DNA of 64,000 bases from Azolla caroliniana (Eukaryota; Plantae; Polypodiophyta): positions 26,412,001 to 26,476,000 of the forward strand of contig JBHGNT010000001.1 in NCBI GenBank assembly GCA_043228905.1, given 5' to 3'. Below, piece by piece: positions 63,001 through 64,000 of this stretch (positions are counted from its first letter, which is position 1; every line of letters begins with the position of its first letter). Position numbers and translations under genes: made by a program. The notes beneath the pieces were generated by a model. The model saw only the letters and a list, made by a program, of their open reading frames with translations, was not told the DNA's origin and searched no databases.

Positions 63001-64000
63001 TGACTAATGCCAAAGCCCTTAGCCGCTTCTTAGGGCAAATACGCTGGCACAACCGTATGTTATGATACTTGGCAGATTTCACGAGTCCGTTACACGCCAC
63101 CGTACATCGTACTCCTTTCAAGTGGACGGCCGTAGAAGACAAAGCGTATGAGGCATTAAAGATAATGCTAACCCAAGCTCTAGTGGTACAATCACTAGAT
63201 TGGACGACACCTTTTCATGTATTTGTAGATGCCTCTGATATCGCAATAGGCAGTGCATTGATGCAGCTCACAAAGCCTAATTGGTACCGACCAGTTTATT
63301 ACACTAGTCGTAAATTATCGGATGCCAAATAGAACTACTCCACAACTGAGCTTGAGGCCTTGGGTATGATCTACGACAACAACAAATTCCAGCATTATCT
63401 ACTCGGACGAAAATTTACGTTTCACGTAGACCGCGCGACATTACTCTACCTGGTCGAGAAGTAGATGTTGACAGGGAAGCTGGCCAGATGGATGCTGCTG
63501 CTCCAAGAGTTTGACTTCGTCATTCAACATTGGTCGGGTACACAACATGCCGTACTTGATTTCTTAAGCAGAATAGACAACGGTGATAACATGTTGCGAC
63601 AAGATGATGACTTTCCCGACGCTGATATTTTGTGGGTCGCTACCACGGTGTCACGAGAAGAAAAGAATTTTCCGGATCGTTGTCTCATGGAGATGACCTA
63701 CTTTTTGACCACGGGGATGCCACCACCACAACTACGGACGGATGAAAAGAAACGACTGGTAGTCTGGAGTCGTAACTTCTATCTGGTTGAAGGCGTACTC
63801 TACCATAAAGGAAATGATGGCATTTGGCAGCGTGGAATACGACAGGATGAGAAGGAAGTCATACTATGTGAAACTCATTGTGGAACGGCCGGAGGACATT
63901 ACACATGTGATGTCACGGCTAGAAAAGTATGGCAAGCGGGTCTTTGGTGTCCAACTACGCAAAATGACGCGTATCAATACTGTAAGCAATGTGATCCGTG

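Larger units (their letters stand above)
47061..64000 (+). mobile_element. Degenerate non-chromovirus (Athila/Tat-like) Gypsy element C; LTR 47061-47124 + 54138-54487, gag ~54800-55418, RT/RNaseH/integrase ~62200-64000, running off the window
   Basis: LTR TGTAAC...TAACA and PBS TGGCACGCC at 54492. Retrotrans_gag-like ORF 54798-55310. RT motifs SPIVVVPKK, CVDYRKLN, FLDGFNGYNQ, MFGLKTAPATFQR and FLDDF. RNase H FVDASD and integrase H2C2 HCGTAGGHY...CKQC. Many stops. Confidence 0.85.

Overview
Plant nuclear DNA, most likely a fern, judged from the intron-rich genes and a PLS-class PPR protein with elongated LL-type motifs. There are three host genes: a 9-exon ABI-like (ABIL) gene (+, 4255-8399), a 14-exon Xaa-Pro aminopeptidase/ICP55-like gene (-, 27523-9754) and an intronless PLS-E PPR gene (+, 38046-40793). 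The PPR gene carries an N-terminal OSB-type PDF (ssDNA-binding) motif. One Mutator-like (MULE) family appears three times: a 7.6-kb two-gene element (30162-37751, 9-bp TSD), a 2.3-kb non-autonomous element (1781-4088, 10-bp TSD) and an older Ulp1-protease-bearing remnant. All three have dyad-containing TIRs and sit in (CATA)n tracts upstream of host genes, and the two complete copies have asymmetric termini. Two hAT-type non-autonomous elements have 8-bp TSDs. From 43 kb to the end is a five-level TE nest. It contains tRNA-Trp-primed Gypsy elements (the complete copy has a 4-bp TSD and a candidate -1 frameshift between protease and RT), an OTA-like Gypsy, a Copia and a hAT inside the Copia LTR. 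The top candidates for novelty are the PDF-PPR fusion and the architecture and targeting of the MULE family. All calls were made by eye, without database searches.
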